A stretch of DNA of 64,000 nt from Bdellovibrionales bacterium (lineage in GTDB: Bacteria; Bdellovibrionota; Bdellovibrionia; Bdellovibrionales; Bdellovibrionaceae). Location of the stretch: positions 96,001-160,000 of the forward strand of contig JANMPT010000110.1 of NCBI GenBank assembly GCA_031370005.1. Direction: 5' to 3'. This document shows positions 38,714 to 47,370 of this stretch, piece by piece. The position numbers and the translations under genes are program-made. The notes below the pieces were generated by a model that was not told where the DNA came from, did no database searches, and worked only from the letters and a program-made list of their open reading frames with translations. Positions within the stretch are counted from its first letter, which is position 1. Each line of letters opens with the position of its first letter.

Positions 38714-39592
38714 ATGAAAAGTATGACTGGATATGGCACCGCAAAGGTGCAGCAAAAAGACCTCAATATAGAAGTCAGTATTCGTTCTGTGAATGGACGA
38801 TTCTTAGATACGAGATTTCATCTGCCCCGTGAGTTCGTAGCGTTTGAGGCAGATCTTAAAAAACTGCTTAATGAAAAAATTTCTCGTGGAACGGTGGACA
38901 TATTTGTAAACCGTAAGAACAAAGCAATTCACGAAACTGCCGAAGTTTGTGTAAATGAAGCACTTGCAAAAAAATATTTAACGGCTTTTCAAAGAATTGC
39001 TAAAGCGACCAAACTTTCACCTCAAGTTCACCTTGAAATTTTGGCTCGCATGCCAGATGTGATTCAAGTGGAAGAGAAACATGAAGTTTCTTCTCACGAG
39101 GAAAAGATGTTGAAGTCTGTTTTCGTAAAAGCTTGTGGTGATTGTGTGAAGGAACGCGAGCGTGAGGGGAAATTCTTGCAAAAAGAGCTCGAAAAGCTCA
39201 TGCATGATCTTGAAGGACAAGTCAGTATTGTGTCGAGTTTACGTGAGGAGGCAAATCGTCACTTGCAAGAGCGTTTTGAGCAGAAGATTGGCAATCGCTT
39301 AAAAGGCCAAGAAATTGATACTCAACGCCTTACGCAGGAGATTGTGTTACAGTTAGAAAAAGCCGATATAAATGAAGAGCTGGTTCGTCTTACTGAACAT
39401 ATTAAAAACTATAAAGATTTGCTAAGAAGCAGCCACGGGGAAGGTAAAAAGCTTGATTTTTATACACAGGAATTACTCCGCGAGGTGAACACGGTTGGTT
39501 CGAAGTCTCAGGTAGCCAAGATCACTCAGGCTGTGGTAGAAGCAAAAACAATCATTGAAAGACTTAGAGAACAGGTTCAAAACGTCGAATGA
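38714..39592 (+). CDS. yicC: YicC/YloC family endoribonuclease
   Basis: MKSMTGYG, SVNGRFLD, DINEEL.RL..H, GKKLDF..QE..REVNT.GSKS, REQVQNVE. Confidence 0.95.
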   Translation: MKSMTGYGTAKVQQKDLNIEVSIRSVNGRFLDTRFHLPREFVAFEADLKKLLNEKISRGTVDIFVNRKNKAIHETAEVCVNEALAKKYLTAFQRIAKATKLSPQVHLEILARMPDVIQVEEKHEVSSHEEKMLKSVFVKACGDCVKEREREGKFLQKELEKLMHDLEGQVSIVSSLREEANRHLQERFEQKIGNRLKGQEIDTQRLTQEIVLQLEKADINEELVRLTEHIKNYKDLLRSSHGEGKKLDFYTQELLREVNTVGSKSQVAKITQAVVEAKTIIERLREQVQNVE

Positions 39593-40146
39593 AAACGAGA
39601 ATGATTATTGTCGCGGCTCCTAGCGGCGCGGGAAAAAGTAGCTTTGTCGAAAGAATATGTCGCGAGGAAAAACGCCTTGAAGACACAGTCACATATACGA
39701 CAAGAGCTATGCGCAAGGGGGAGACTCAAGGCCACCCTTATCACTTTGTCTCTAGGGATGAGTTTGAAGCAAAAATTAAAGAGAACTTTTTTGTAGAATG
39801 GGCGCAGGTCCATACGAATCTTTACGGCACCCCTTATTATCAACTTGAAACCGCCTGGCTTCGTGGCAAGTGTGTCATCATGGACGTTGATGTTCAGGGA
39901 GCGGATAGTTTTAAAGCAAAATATTCAGATGCGGTTTCGATATTCATTCTGCCACCAAGTATTGACGAATTGCGTCGTAGAATTGAGAAGCGGGATGGTG
40001 GAATTCCTGAAGATATCGAAATCCGTATGGCTAATGCTGAGAAGGAGATGAGGCAGTCCTCTCACTTTGATTATCTAATTGTGAATGATCAATTTGACCA
40101 CTCCTATGGTCAATTTAAAAAAATCATTGAAGAGTTACTGACTTAG
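39589..40146 (+). CDS. gmk: Guanylate kinase
   Basis: APSGAGKSS, TTRAMRKGE..G..YHFV, YGT, DVDVQGA, FILPPS. Confidence 0.97.
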   Translation: MKTRMIIVAAPSGAGKSSFVERICREEKRLEDTVTYTTRAMRKGETQGHPYHFVSRDEFEAKIKENFFVEWAQVHTNLYGTPYYQLETAWLRGKCVIMDVDVQGADSFKAKYSDAVSIFILPPSIDELRRRIEKRDGGIPEDIEIRMANAEKEMRQSSHFDYLIVNDQFDHSYGQFKKIIEELLT

Positions 40147-40174
40147 AGATATTTTGGCCCCTTTGGAGGTATGA

Positions 40175-40417
40175 ATGGCACGCGTCACGGTGGAAGATTG
40201 CTTGAGTAAGGTTCCCAATCGTTTTGCTTTGGTATTAATGGTTTCAAAAAGAGCGAAGCAATTGCTAAAGGGTTCTGAGTGCACAGTGGCTGCGCGTAGT
40301 AATAAATATATCGTCAGTGCCCTTCGCGAAGTTGCCGCTGGCAATGTAGGTTATGACGATGCTCATATGGACCCATTGGTTCTTCATGCTGAGATTGAAA
40401 ACGATCTTAGAAAATAG
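40175..40417 (+). CDS. rpoZ: RNA polymerase omega subunit
   Basis: [18 protein letters not shown]...SKRAKQL..ALREVA. Confidence 0.96.
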   Translation: MARVTVEDCLSKVPNRFALVLMVSKRAKQLLKGSECTVAARSNKYIVSALREVAAGNVGYDDAHMDPLVLHAEIENDLRK

Positions 40418-40608
40418 CTAGGCTGACTTAAGCTTATTAAGTCTAGTCAGTGCTACTTCATTTTCTTAGGATTTGTATTTCCCATGAAAACGGAACTTAG
40501 TCTAAAGTCCTAAATGTTTGAAAATACGAATATATTTCACCAAGTGAACAAGTCTGCATTGAGTTTCTTTCTTGGTCCCTTTTAGCATCTACGCTATCAT
40601 TTATTGAT

Positions 40609-42825
40609 ATGTCAGAGAGCTCATCGGAAAACGGTCTATCCCAGGGACCCACAAAAACTTTAGAGGATCTTTTAAATAAAATTAGAGCCTATTTTCCGCA
40701 AGCCGATCTTAAAGTAATTGAAAAGGCCTATTATTTTTCTGAGCATGCACATGAGGGGCAAATTCGTCGTTCAGGTGAGCCCTATATTTCTCATCCGCTT
40801 TCAGTTGCGGGGATTTTGGCAGATTTACATCTGGATTTAGATTCGATTATGACCGGTCTTTTACATGACACAGTGGAGGACACCTATGCCACTCTCGATG
40901 ATATTCGTCGGGAGTTCGGCGATGCAGTGGCTCAGCTTGTTGATGGCGTAACGAAGATCTCACAAATGAAATTTAAGAATAGTAACGAAAAGCAAGGCGA
41001 GAACATTCGCAAGATGATTGTGGCCATGGGGCGTGATGTGCGTGTGCTTTTAGTGAAGCTTTGCGATCGTTTGCATAATATGCGCACGATGAACTTCATG
41101 CCCTTTGAAAAGCAAGAGCGCATTGCTCTTGAAACCCTTGAGATCTATTGCCCACTCGCAGGTCGCATGGGTATTAGTTCTCTTAAGATCGAGCTCGAGG
41201 ATTTGTGTTTCAGATATTATCGTCCGGATATGTACTATGAACTTAGTCAAAAGGTAAAAAAGACTGAGGCAGAGCGTAGTCGGTATATTGACGAAGTAAA
41301 AGATCTTATTAGTAGCGAACTGCAGTCTTCGAACTTTAAGTTTGATGTGTTTGGTCGTTCAAAACACCTGTGGTCTATTTATAAAAAAATGCAAACTCGT
41401 AATATTGATTACGAACAACTCTACGATGTTTTGGCTTTCCGTGTGATTGTTGAGACAGTTGCTGAGTGTTACGGCGTGTTGGGGTTGGTGCACTCACTAT
41501 GGAAGCCTATTCCAGGTCGTTTTAAAGACTTTATTGCCATGCCAAAAGCGAATAACTATCAATCATTGCACACCACAGTGATGGGACCCGGCGGGGAACG
41601 CATCGAGATTCAAATTCGTACTCGCGAAATGCATTTGGTTGCTGAACGCGGGATCGCCGCGCATTGGAAATACAAAGAGCGTGGAAAAGTTGATGATGAT
41701 AGTGAATTTCAACAAGTGAACTGGTTAAAGGATCTTGTGAATTCTCACCAGCAAGTAAAGAATGCCGATGAATTCCTAGACAGTGTGAAGACTGATCTTT
41801 TTGACACTGAGATTTATGTATTTACCCCGAAAGGGGAGGTGCGTGAGTTTCCCGAAGGTGCGACTCCTTTGGATTTTGCATATGCAGTTCATACTGAACT
41901 TGGAAATAAGTGTGTGGGGGCACGAGTTAATGGCAAAATGGTGCCGCTTCGCCATCAATTGCAAAATGGAGATACGATTGAAATCATCACCTCTAAAACT
42001 CAGGTGCCATCGAAGGATTGGCTTAAATACGCCGTCACTAATAAAGCAAAACAAAAAATTCGTCAGTACGTTAAGGAAGAACAGCGCCGTCGATCTTTAA
42101 CTCTTGGAAAGGATTTGGTCGAGAAGGAGTTCCGTAAGTTTGGAATGGCTGCGGTGAAACACTTAAAGGGTTCCGAGTATGAGATTTTCTTAAAAGAGAA
42201 TGGTCTCAAGGATCTTGATGAGCTTTATGTGAAAGTCGGATATGGACGACTGGAGCCCCGTCATTTGGTGGATCGTGTTTCTCCGTCGTCTATTGCCAAG
42301 GAAGCAGCGAAAACTGAAGAAACTACCTTTATGGAAAAGGTGGTTAAGGCTGCTGCCCAAAAAACTCGACGAAGTAATTCGCTTGTGAGTGTCGATGGCA
42401 TGGATGATGTGCTTGTTCACTTTGCGAAATGCTGTCACCCTATTCCCGGAGACTCCATTAGTGGATTTATTTCTCGAGGTCGTGGAATTATGGTTCATCG
42501 CGCTGATTGCCCGAAGGGCTTTGAGTTCGATCAGCTTCGCAAGGTGGACGTTGCCTGGACGAGTGATCAAGCTTCCGTAGGACAAGAGCGCATGGTGCGC
42601 GTCCGAGTCATCAGTCATGATGTTCCGGGCTTATTAAAATCAATGTCTGAAGTTTTTGCTGTTCAGGGGATTAATATCGAGTCCGCACAAATTCGTACGA
42701 CCAAAGATAAAAAGGCCTTATGCAACTTCGAAGTCAGCGTAAGGGACGCCACACAATTAAATAATGCCATCTACGAGCTACAAAAAATCAAAGGCATCCT
42801 CGGCGTAACCCGTGTTTTCCACTAA
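40609..42825 (+). CDS. spoT: Bifunctional (p)ppGpp synthetase/hydrolase (long RSH, Rel/SpoT)
   Basis: Intact HD motif (LLHDTVEDT), DRLHNMRT, synthetase KDFIAMPKANNYQSLHT and EIQIRT, then TGS, ZFD (AKCCHPIPGD) and ACT. Confidence 0.95.
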   Translation: MSESSSENGLSQGPTKTLEDLLNKIRAYFPQADLKVIEKAYYFSEHAHEGQIRRSGEPYISHPLSVAGILADLHLDLDSIMTGLLHDTVEDTYATLDDIRREFGDAVAQLVDGVTKISQMKFKNSNEKQGENIRKMIVAMGRDVRVLLVKLCDRLHNMRTMNFMPFEKQERIALETLEIYCPLAGRMGISSLKIELEDLCFRYYRPDMYYELSQKVKKTEAERSRYIDEVKDLISSELQSSNFKFDVFGRSKHLWSIYKKMQTRNIDYEQLYDVLAFRVIVETVAECYGVLGLVHSLWKPIPGRFKDFIAMPKANNYQSLHTTVMGPGGERIEIQIRTREMHLVAERGIAAHWKYKERGKVDDDSEFQQVNWLKDLVNSHQQVKNADEFLDSVKTDLFDTEIYVFTPKGEVREFPEGATPLDFAYAVHTELGNKCVGARVNGKMVPLRHQLQNGDTIEIITSKTQVPSKDWLKYAVTNKAKQKIRQYVKEEQRRRSLTLGKDLVEKEFRKFGMAAVKHLKGSEYEIFLKENGLKDLDELYVKVGYGRLEPRHLVDRVSPSSIAKEAAKTEETTFMEKVVKAAAQKTRRSNSLVSVDGMDDVLVHFAKCCHPIPGDSISGFISRGRGIMVHRADCPKGFEFDQLRKVDVAWTSDQASVGQERMVRVRVISHDVPGLLKSMSEVFAVQGINIESAQIRTTKDKKALCNFEVSVRDATQLNNAIYELQKIKGILGVTRVFH

Positions 42826-42828
42826 AGT

Positions 42829-42854
42829 AAAGGGTACCAGCTCGCTTTTCCGGA
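42829..42854 (+). repeat. Left boundary site of the RAYT cassette
   Basis: AAAGGGTA-CCAGC-TCGCTTTTCCGGA. Confidence 0.75.
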
Positions 42855-42884
42855 ACAGATCGAAACTATACACCTCTAAGCTTG

Positions 42885-42900
42885 TGGTACGGATTCTGCT
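42885..42900 (+). promoter_or_regulatory. Candidate sigma54-type promoter of the RAYT gene
   Basis: TGGTACGGATTCTGCT = GG-N10-GC, followed by GGAGG SD and GTG 42924. Confidence 0.5.
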
Positions 42901-42923
42901 TAAGACGACCTCATGGAGGTCCC

Positions 42924-43568
42924 GTGCCCCGCAAATTACATATTGCTCATTCGGAGTGTCCGTATCACGTCACAGCTCGCTCGCATGATGGAGTTTGGTT
43001 TCAAATTTCGATTTCCAAAACATGGGAAATTATGACCGACTATCTCTATTTTATTCAGCGTGCATATAAAGTGAAAATTCATTCTTTTGTTCTGATGAGC
43101 AACCATTTTCATCTCCTTATTTCGACGCCAGAAGCTAATATAAGTGCAGCTATGAACTACTTTATGAGAGAGACTAGCAAGGAAATTAATCGCATCTCTG
43201 GAAAAAAGAATCAAGTATACGGTGGGCGCTACTATCGCAGCATTATTAAATGCGATCTTCACTTTCAACACGTTTATAAGTATATTTATAGAAACCCAAT
43301 TTCTGCCAACCTAACGCCAGATTGTGAAAGCTATCGTTATAGTACATTGCACGGACTTCTTGGGAAAAGCCCTCTGTATATCCCCCTAGAGGATGATCAT
43401 TTACTGTTTGGAGAGGGAAATCTAAGTAGTGCTTTAGTGTGGCTTAATACTCCACCGAATTTGCAAAATTACGAGATTCTTAGAAAGGCTTTAAGACGAA
43501 AGATTCTTAAGTTTCCAAGAAATCGTTCTGGAGACTGTCGGCATACCTTAGAAATGCATTCATTTTAA
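42924..43568 (+). CDS. HUH Y1 transposase, REP-associated tyrosine transposase (RAYT)-like
   Basis: (M)PRK..PYHVTARS, FVLMSNHFHLLI (HUH), GGRY, YIYRNP (catalytic Tyr), YRYST (YxWSS-like). Confidence 0.9.
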   Translation: MPRKLHIAHSECPYHVTARSHDGVWFQISISKTWEIMTDYLYFIQRAYKVKIHSFVLMSNHFHLLISTPEANISAAMNYFMRETSKEINRISGKKNQVYGGRYYRSIIKCDLHFQHVYKYIYRNPISANLTPDCESYRYSTLHGLLGKSPLYIPLEDDHLLFGEGNLSSALVWLNTPPNLQNYEILRKALRRKILKFPRNRSGDCRHTLEMHSF

Positions 43569-43595
43569 AGTCAAAAGCGAATTTATTTGAATTGA

Positions 43596-43621
43596 TCCCG
43601 AAAAGCGACCAGCTACCTTTT
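43596..43621 (+). repeat. Right boundary site of the RAYT cassette
   Basis: TCCCGAAAAGCGA-CCAGC-TACCTTTT. Confidence 0.75.
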
Positions 43622-44498
43622 AAAGGTTCCAGGCGTAGCCGGCGCGGAGGTAGATTATGTTGGCTTTTACTGTTGCTGTGGTTGGGAAAAGTCCGTATTC
43701 CAAAGAAATGGGGATATAATTTTTATTATTCAGACGGATGTCCATCCCCGCTGAGAACACGAAAATCTGATTTGCGCCGAGCTGGCCTGAAGTAAACACC
43801 GAGCTTGTTGGGCTCGACATTGGATACAGATAACCTGAACCAACGCCAATCCAAGATTTATAATTCCCCTGAGTGAAGTTCCAACGGCCATAGCCATATA
43901 AAGACAGGTAAGAGATCTTCAGATCACAATTTGTCGTACATGACGTTCCAGGAGACGTGGAACTATTGCTGCCGGCAACCCCATAGGTTTCTAGTCCTCC
44001 TATGGCGCGAAGGGTAATACTCGGGGAAATAGCATAATCATAGAAACCAAGAGCGCCAAAACCAGTACCAGTCATGTTAGTTGTAATGCTTGAAGTTTGT
44101 ACCGCCATGGAGTTCATCAAATAGCCACCGATAATGCCCCATGAGTTTCCATTATGAATTTTCTGATTAAGTTTTCGGTCATAATAGTTATCACCTGAAG
44201 ACGCGGATGAAGCATTGGTAGACGTAGTGCCGCCATGAGCTTGAAGACTATATCCTGGTCGAGCAGTGCCTTTCACAATCTCTGCAATAGCGCGGTCGCC
44301 TTTTACCTGAGTGATTTTCACAATTGCTACTTTTTTTCCTTGAGCATTTATAATAAAAAACTCACTGCCAGGTGAAGTGCTTTCTCCTTCAAGTAAGATC
44401 AGGATTTTATTGTTTTTAACCAAAGATACTTTTGCGGCCAGAGCAGCATACGTTTGAAGGAAAATAGAAAGAGCGAAAATGACACTATATTTCTTCAC
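43620..44498 (-). CDS. Exported protein with C-terminal outer-membrane beta-barrel
   Basis: Signal peptide, small beta N-domain, S/T linker, amphipathic strands ending YLRAGYAWNL. Confidence 0.7.
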   Translation of the reverse strand: MKKYSVIFALSIFLQTYAALAAKVSLVKNNKILILLEGESTSPGSEFFIINAQGKKVAIVKITQVKGDRAIAEIVKGTARPGYSLQAHGGTTSTNASSASSGDNYYDRKLNQKIHNGNSWGIIGGYLMNSMAVQTSSITTNMTGTGFGALGFYDYAISPSITLRAIGGLETYGVAGSNSSTSPGTSCTTNCDLKISYLSLYGYGRWNFTQGNYKSWIGVGSGYLYPMSSPTSSVFTSGQLGANQIFVFSAGMDIRLNNKNYIPISLEYGLFPTTATVKANIIYLRAGYAWNL

Positions 44499-44578
44499 AC
44501 CAATGGCTCCTAGTTAGACGGACACATCCTTATTGTAGTTTCATTCAGAAATCGCGGGGTGGCAATCTAGCTTAGACC

Positions 44579-44980
44579 TCAGTCGAGATTGATAAGGCTG
44601 CGAGAGAGCTCGCTAAGAAAGCTTTTTTTATAGATGAGCCATGTTTTCTTAGATTCGAACTTGTAAGTACAAGACTCTGTGGTGCTCGTTGGGTTACTCG
44701 CATCGGTCTTAGAGAAAACTGTGATTTTTATTTCTCCGTTTTTTATATTATCTCTCCAAACCTCATAGTCTGGATGCATTTCAACTAACTCATGGCTGCT
44801 TTTGGGGAACTCTTCTTTAAACCAAGTCTCTGCAGCACTCAGATCGCGACAGCTTTGGAGCGAGAACGCCTGGATAGAATTAGGTGCATTTTCTTCAAAT
44901 TGCTTGCGGCCTGCAGAGCTGTATACGGAGCAGGAAGTTAGAAGCATTAAACTAAGAAAGAGTATCATTGTATTAAGCAT
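44579..44980 (-). CDS. Putative lipoprotein
   Basis: Hydrophobic leader with LTSC lipobox. Confidence 0.7.
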   Translation of the reverse strand: MLNTMILFLSLMLLTSCSVYSSAGRKQFEENAPNSIQAFSLQSCRDLSAAETWFKEEFPKSSHELVEMHPDYEVWRDNIKNGEIKITVFSKTDASNPTSTTESCTYKFESKKTWLIYKKSFLSELSRSLINLD

Positions 44981-45011
44981 TGAATAAAATTCTATGCTGA
45001 AGCTCTAGAAG

Positions 45012-45048
45012 AAGAAAAGACCCGTTTTTATTAAACGGGTCTTTTCTT
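45012..45048 (-). terminator. Terminator hairpin downstream of ssb
   Basis: AAGAAAAGACCCGTTT-TTATT-AAACGGGTCTTTTCTT, 16-bp inverted repeat. Confidence 0.85.
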
Positions 45049-45075
45049 AATGATCATGGAAAATATTTGAGCGTC

Positions 45076-45519
45076 TTAGAATGGAATATCGTCGGAGCTG
45101 CTGAAGCTTGGTTCTGGACCAAAATCTTGAAAACCTAAGTCTTCGCCATTTGAAGCGCTTTTAGTGTTATCAGCTGATCGCTCATTGCCCGCAGAGCCTA
45201 AGAATTGAACTGTATTTGCAACGATTTCAGTTGTGTATTTCTTTTGACCTTGTTGGTCTTCCCAAGAGCGAGTTTGTAAACGACCTTCCACGTAGACTTG
45301 GCGCCCTTTGCTTAAATGCTTTCCACAGATCTCTGCAAGTTTACCCCAAACAACAACACGGTGCCATTCAGTGCGCTCTTGCTTTTGCCCATCCTTGCCC
45401 ACCCAGTTTTCGCTTGTGGCGATGTTTAAACGAGTGACCGTGCTACCTTGGCCAACGGCTTTAACTTCAGGGTCAGCTCCTAAGCGGCCTATGATAATAA
45501 CTTTATTTACACCAGACAT
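45076..45519 (-). CDS. ssb: Single-stranded DNA-binding protein
   Basis: [38 protein letters not shown]-terminal DDIPF. Confidence 0.98.
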   Translation of the reverse strand: MSGVNKVIIIGRLGADPEVKAVGQGSTVTRLNIATSENWVGKDGQKQERTEWHRVVVWGKLAEICGKHLSKGRQVYVEGRLQTRSWEDQQGQKKYTTEIVANTVQFLGSAGNERSADNTKSASNGEDLGFQDFGPEPSFSSSDDIPF

Positions 45520-45699
45520 AATCCCTCCAATGAGACACTAAGGTTCTTGTAATTATTGAGAAGCTTGTCAATAAAGACTTCAAAAAGCTTCTAAGTTTGC
45601 CCGCTTAGTGAGCAAGAAAAAGGCCAGGTAGAGGGTGAAAGGCCTTAGTTTTGGCTTAAGCTGGTATTTGAGTTTCGGACGGAAAAAATGCCCACCGGA

Positions 45700-46668
45700 C
45701 TAACGCGCAGCGCCTATTGAAGGAGGAGTCATGGTGTTTGCCGCTGATATCTTAAATTTGTATTCAGAACCATCTGAGGTTGCTGTTTTATAGGCATCAA
45801 TAAAAGACAGGAAGAGGGCTGCACGGTCTTGAAAATTACGTTTTGTTCGTAGGTTCACATTAAAGGTATAACCGCCCAATACAGGAGATATGACGCCTCC
45901 AGCGTTTGTTAAAGTGACCTCCATATTGCCAGAGATATTGCCGCGAAGCTCATCGCCTTCTTTACCAATTTGGCCATTTTCGATGATGAGTTTCCCACCA
46001 GCAAGACGTCCTTTAAGTTCAATTGTGGACAATTTTAAATCTGGCAAAGTTAAAGGTCCCATGGGCGTCATCACATTGGATGGGGGCAGCTCGAATTGGC
46101 TAATGCTAAAGTTCACTTCCATATCCGGTTGCTCTATGAAAGCCAGGTCCACCAGGGCTGTGGATTCGAGGTTTAAATTTCCCTTCATCATCACAGGAAG
46201 TTGAGCCACCTCGCGAAGGTCTTGAAGGCTGAGTTTTTGCGCGTTGATTTCAATTTTTTGCCTCTCAACGCCATTTTCAGATCGGGTACCAGGTTTTACG
46301 CTGATTTGAACGTTACCTTTGAAAAGACCCTTCGCATACATTACCCCATAGGGTTTTTGTGAAATCAATCCGCTGATTGAAGGAGTAAAACGGATTTCAT
46401 GAGCGGAAACTCCAGGGATACCTTGGGCTTCAACAAAAATCTGTTCAAACTTCACTCCTGGAGAGGGGAAGATGGACATCTTAAGTTCCTCAAATTGCAA
46501 AAACAATTTATTGCCAGACAAACGAGCGACTTGTGAGGAAACCAAATCGCCAAGGTCATTCACGGGAAACAGAATCAACAGAAAGGCCACTGTTGAGATC
46601 AGCATCACAAGCAATTTTAATTTTGAATTAAAGAGGATACGAAAGGCTTTCTGGACGAACTCCATCAT
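45700..46668 (-). CDS. gspN: Type II secretion system protein N
   Basis: N-terminal TM ending LFP, AsmA-like beta-rich body; last gene of the gsp cluster. Confidence 0.75.
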   Translation of the reverse strand: MMEFVQKAFRILFNSKLKLLVMLISTVAFLLILFPVNDLGDLVSSQVARLSGNKLFLQFEELKMSIFPSPGVKFEQIFVEAQGIPGVSAHEIRFTPSISGLISQKPYGVMYAKGLFKGNVQISVKPGTRSENGVERQKIEINAQKLSLQDLREVAQLPVMMKGNLNLESTALVDLAFIEQPDMEVNFSISQFELPPSNVMTPMGPLTLPDLKLSTIELKGRLAGGKLIIENGQIGKEGDELRGNISGNMEVTLTNAGGVISPVLGGYTFNVNLRTKRNFQDRAALFLSFIDAYKTATSDGSEYKFKISAANTMTPPSIGAAR

Positions 46669-47363
46669 TAGCGATTCCCTCTTTTAAAGGATTTCTTCTT
46701 GGAAGAGTCCTTATGGTCACTGTTTTCAGCAGCATCAGGAGTTTCTAGGTGAGCCTGAGGAACAGCGAGGGACACCAATCGCATCTCCATATCAAGATAT
46801 CGAGAATCTTCCTGGTTTGTCGAAATATTCAAAGAATTCATTTTAACACTAGGACTGATATTTTGAATATTGTAGCCAAGGTCCACAATTTGTCGAAGGT
46901 TTAATTTCGCGAGAGAAATTTTCAAACCTGACTCAAGTAAATTCTTTGGAATCAGTCCGGTCTCTGCAGAAATGATTTCGATAGCTTTTATTTGCTCAGG
47001 TAATAGATGAGCTATACTGAGCTGATTCTCGACATTGCTTTTTAGAATTTCGGCAGTAGGAGCAACAGGAAGATCGGGGACTTCGGAGGACTCCCGAGTC
47101 ACTTTCAATAATTCACGAATAAGACTTCGCTTTGCCTCGTAAGTTGAGATATTTGCAGTAGATTGAGAGTAATAAGAATAGGGAATAGAGATAACCATAA
47201 GGGCCATCAGAGCGCCAGCACCCATCATGGTTAACATTTGATGGGTCGGGCTGAGATTCTCGAAACGATCTTTCAGTTGATTATAGAAAGAGGTCTCCTC
47301 GATACGAGACCAGCCTTGTCTCAGGTGAGATTTTAAATTGTCTTTTAAATCGTCAATATTCAT
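46668..47363 (-). CDS. gspM: Type II secretion system protein M-like
   Basis: FENLSP..Q then single TM and ferredoxin-like C-domain; position after gspL. Confidence 0.65.
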   Translation of the reverse strand: MNIDDLKDNLKSHLRQGWSRIEETSFYNQLKDRFENLSPTHQMLTMMGAGALMALMVISIPYSYYSQSTANISTYEAKRSLIRELLKVTRESSEVPDLPVAPTAEILKSNVENQLSIAHLLPEQIKAIEIISAETGLIPKNLLESGLKISLAKLNLRQIVDLGYNIQNISPSVKMNSLNISTNQEDSRYLDMEMRLVSLAVPQAHLETPDAAENSDHKDSSKKKSFKRGNR

Positions 47364-47370
47364 CTTTCAC

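Larger units (their letters stand above)
42837..43613 (+). mobile_element. Single-gene RAYT-like cassette with inverted ends and a directly repeated core
   Basis: Inner arms are 12/13 inverted; ACCAGCT directly repeated at 42836 and 43608; sits between convergent genes. Confidence 0.65.

Noticed and set aside
40418..40608. Possible 6S RNA or other ncRNA between rpoZ and spoT
   Set aside because: Only short hairpins (GACTTAA/TTAAGTC; TTAGGATTT/AAGTCCTAA) are visible; I could not build a 6S-like rod with a central bubble.
42924..43568. IS200/IS605 element with tnpB or omegaRNA
   Set aside because: No tnpB and no space for an RNA; the protein length and motifs fit RAYT-like Y1 rather than short IS200 TnpA.
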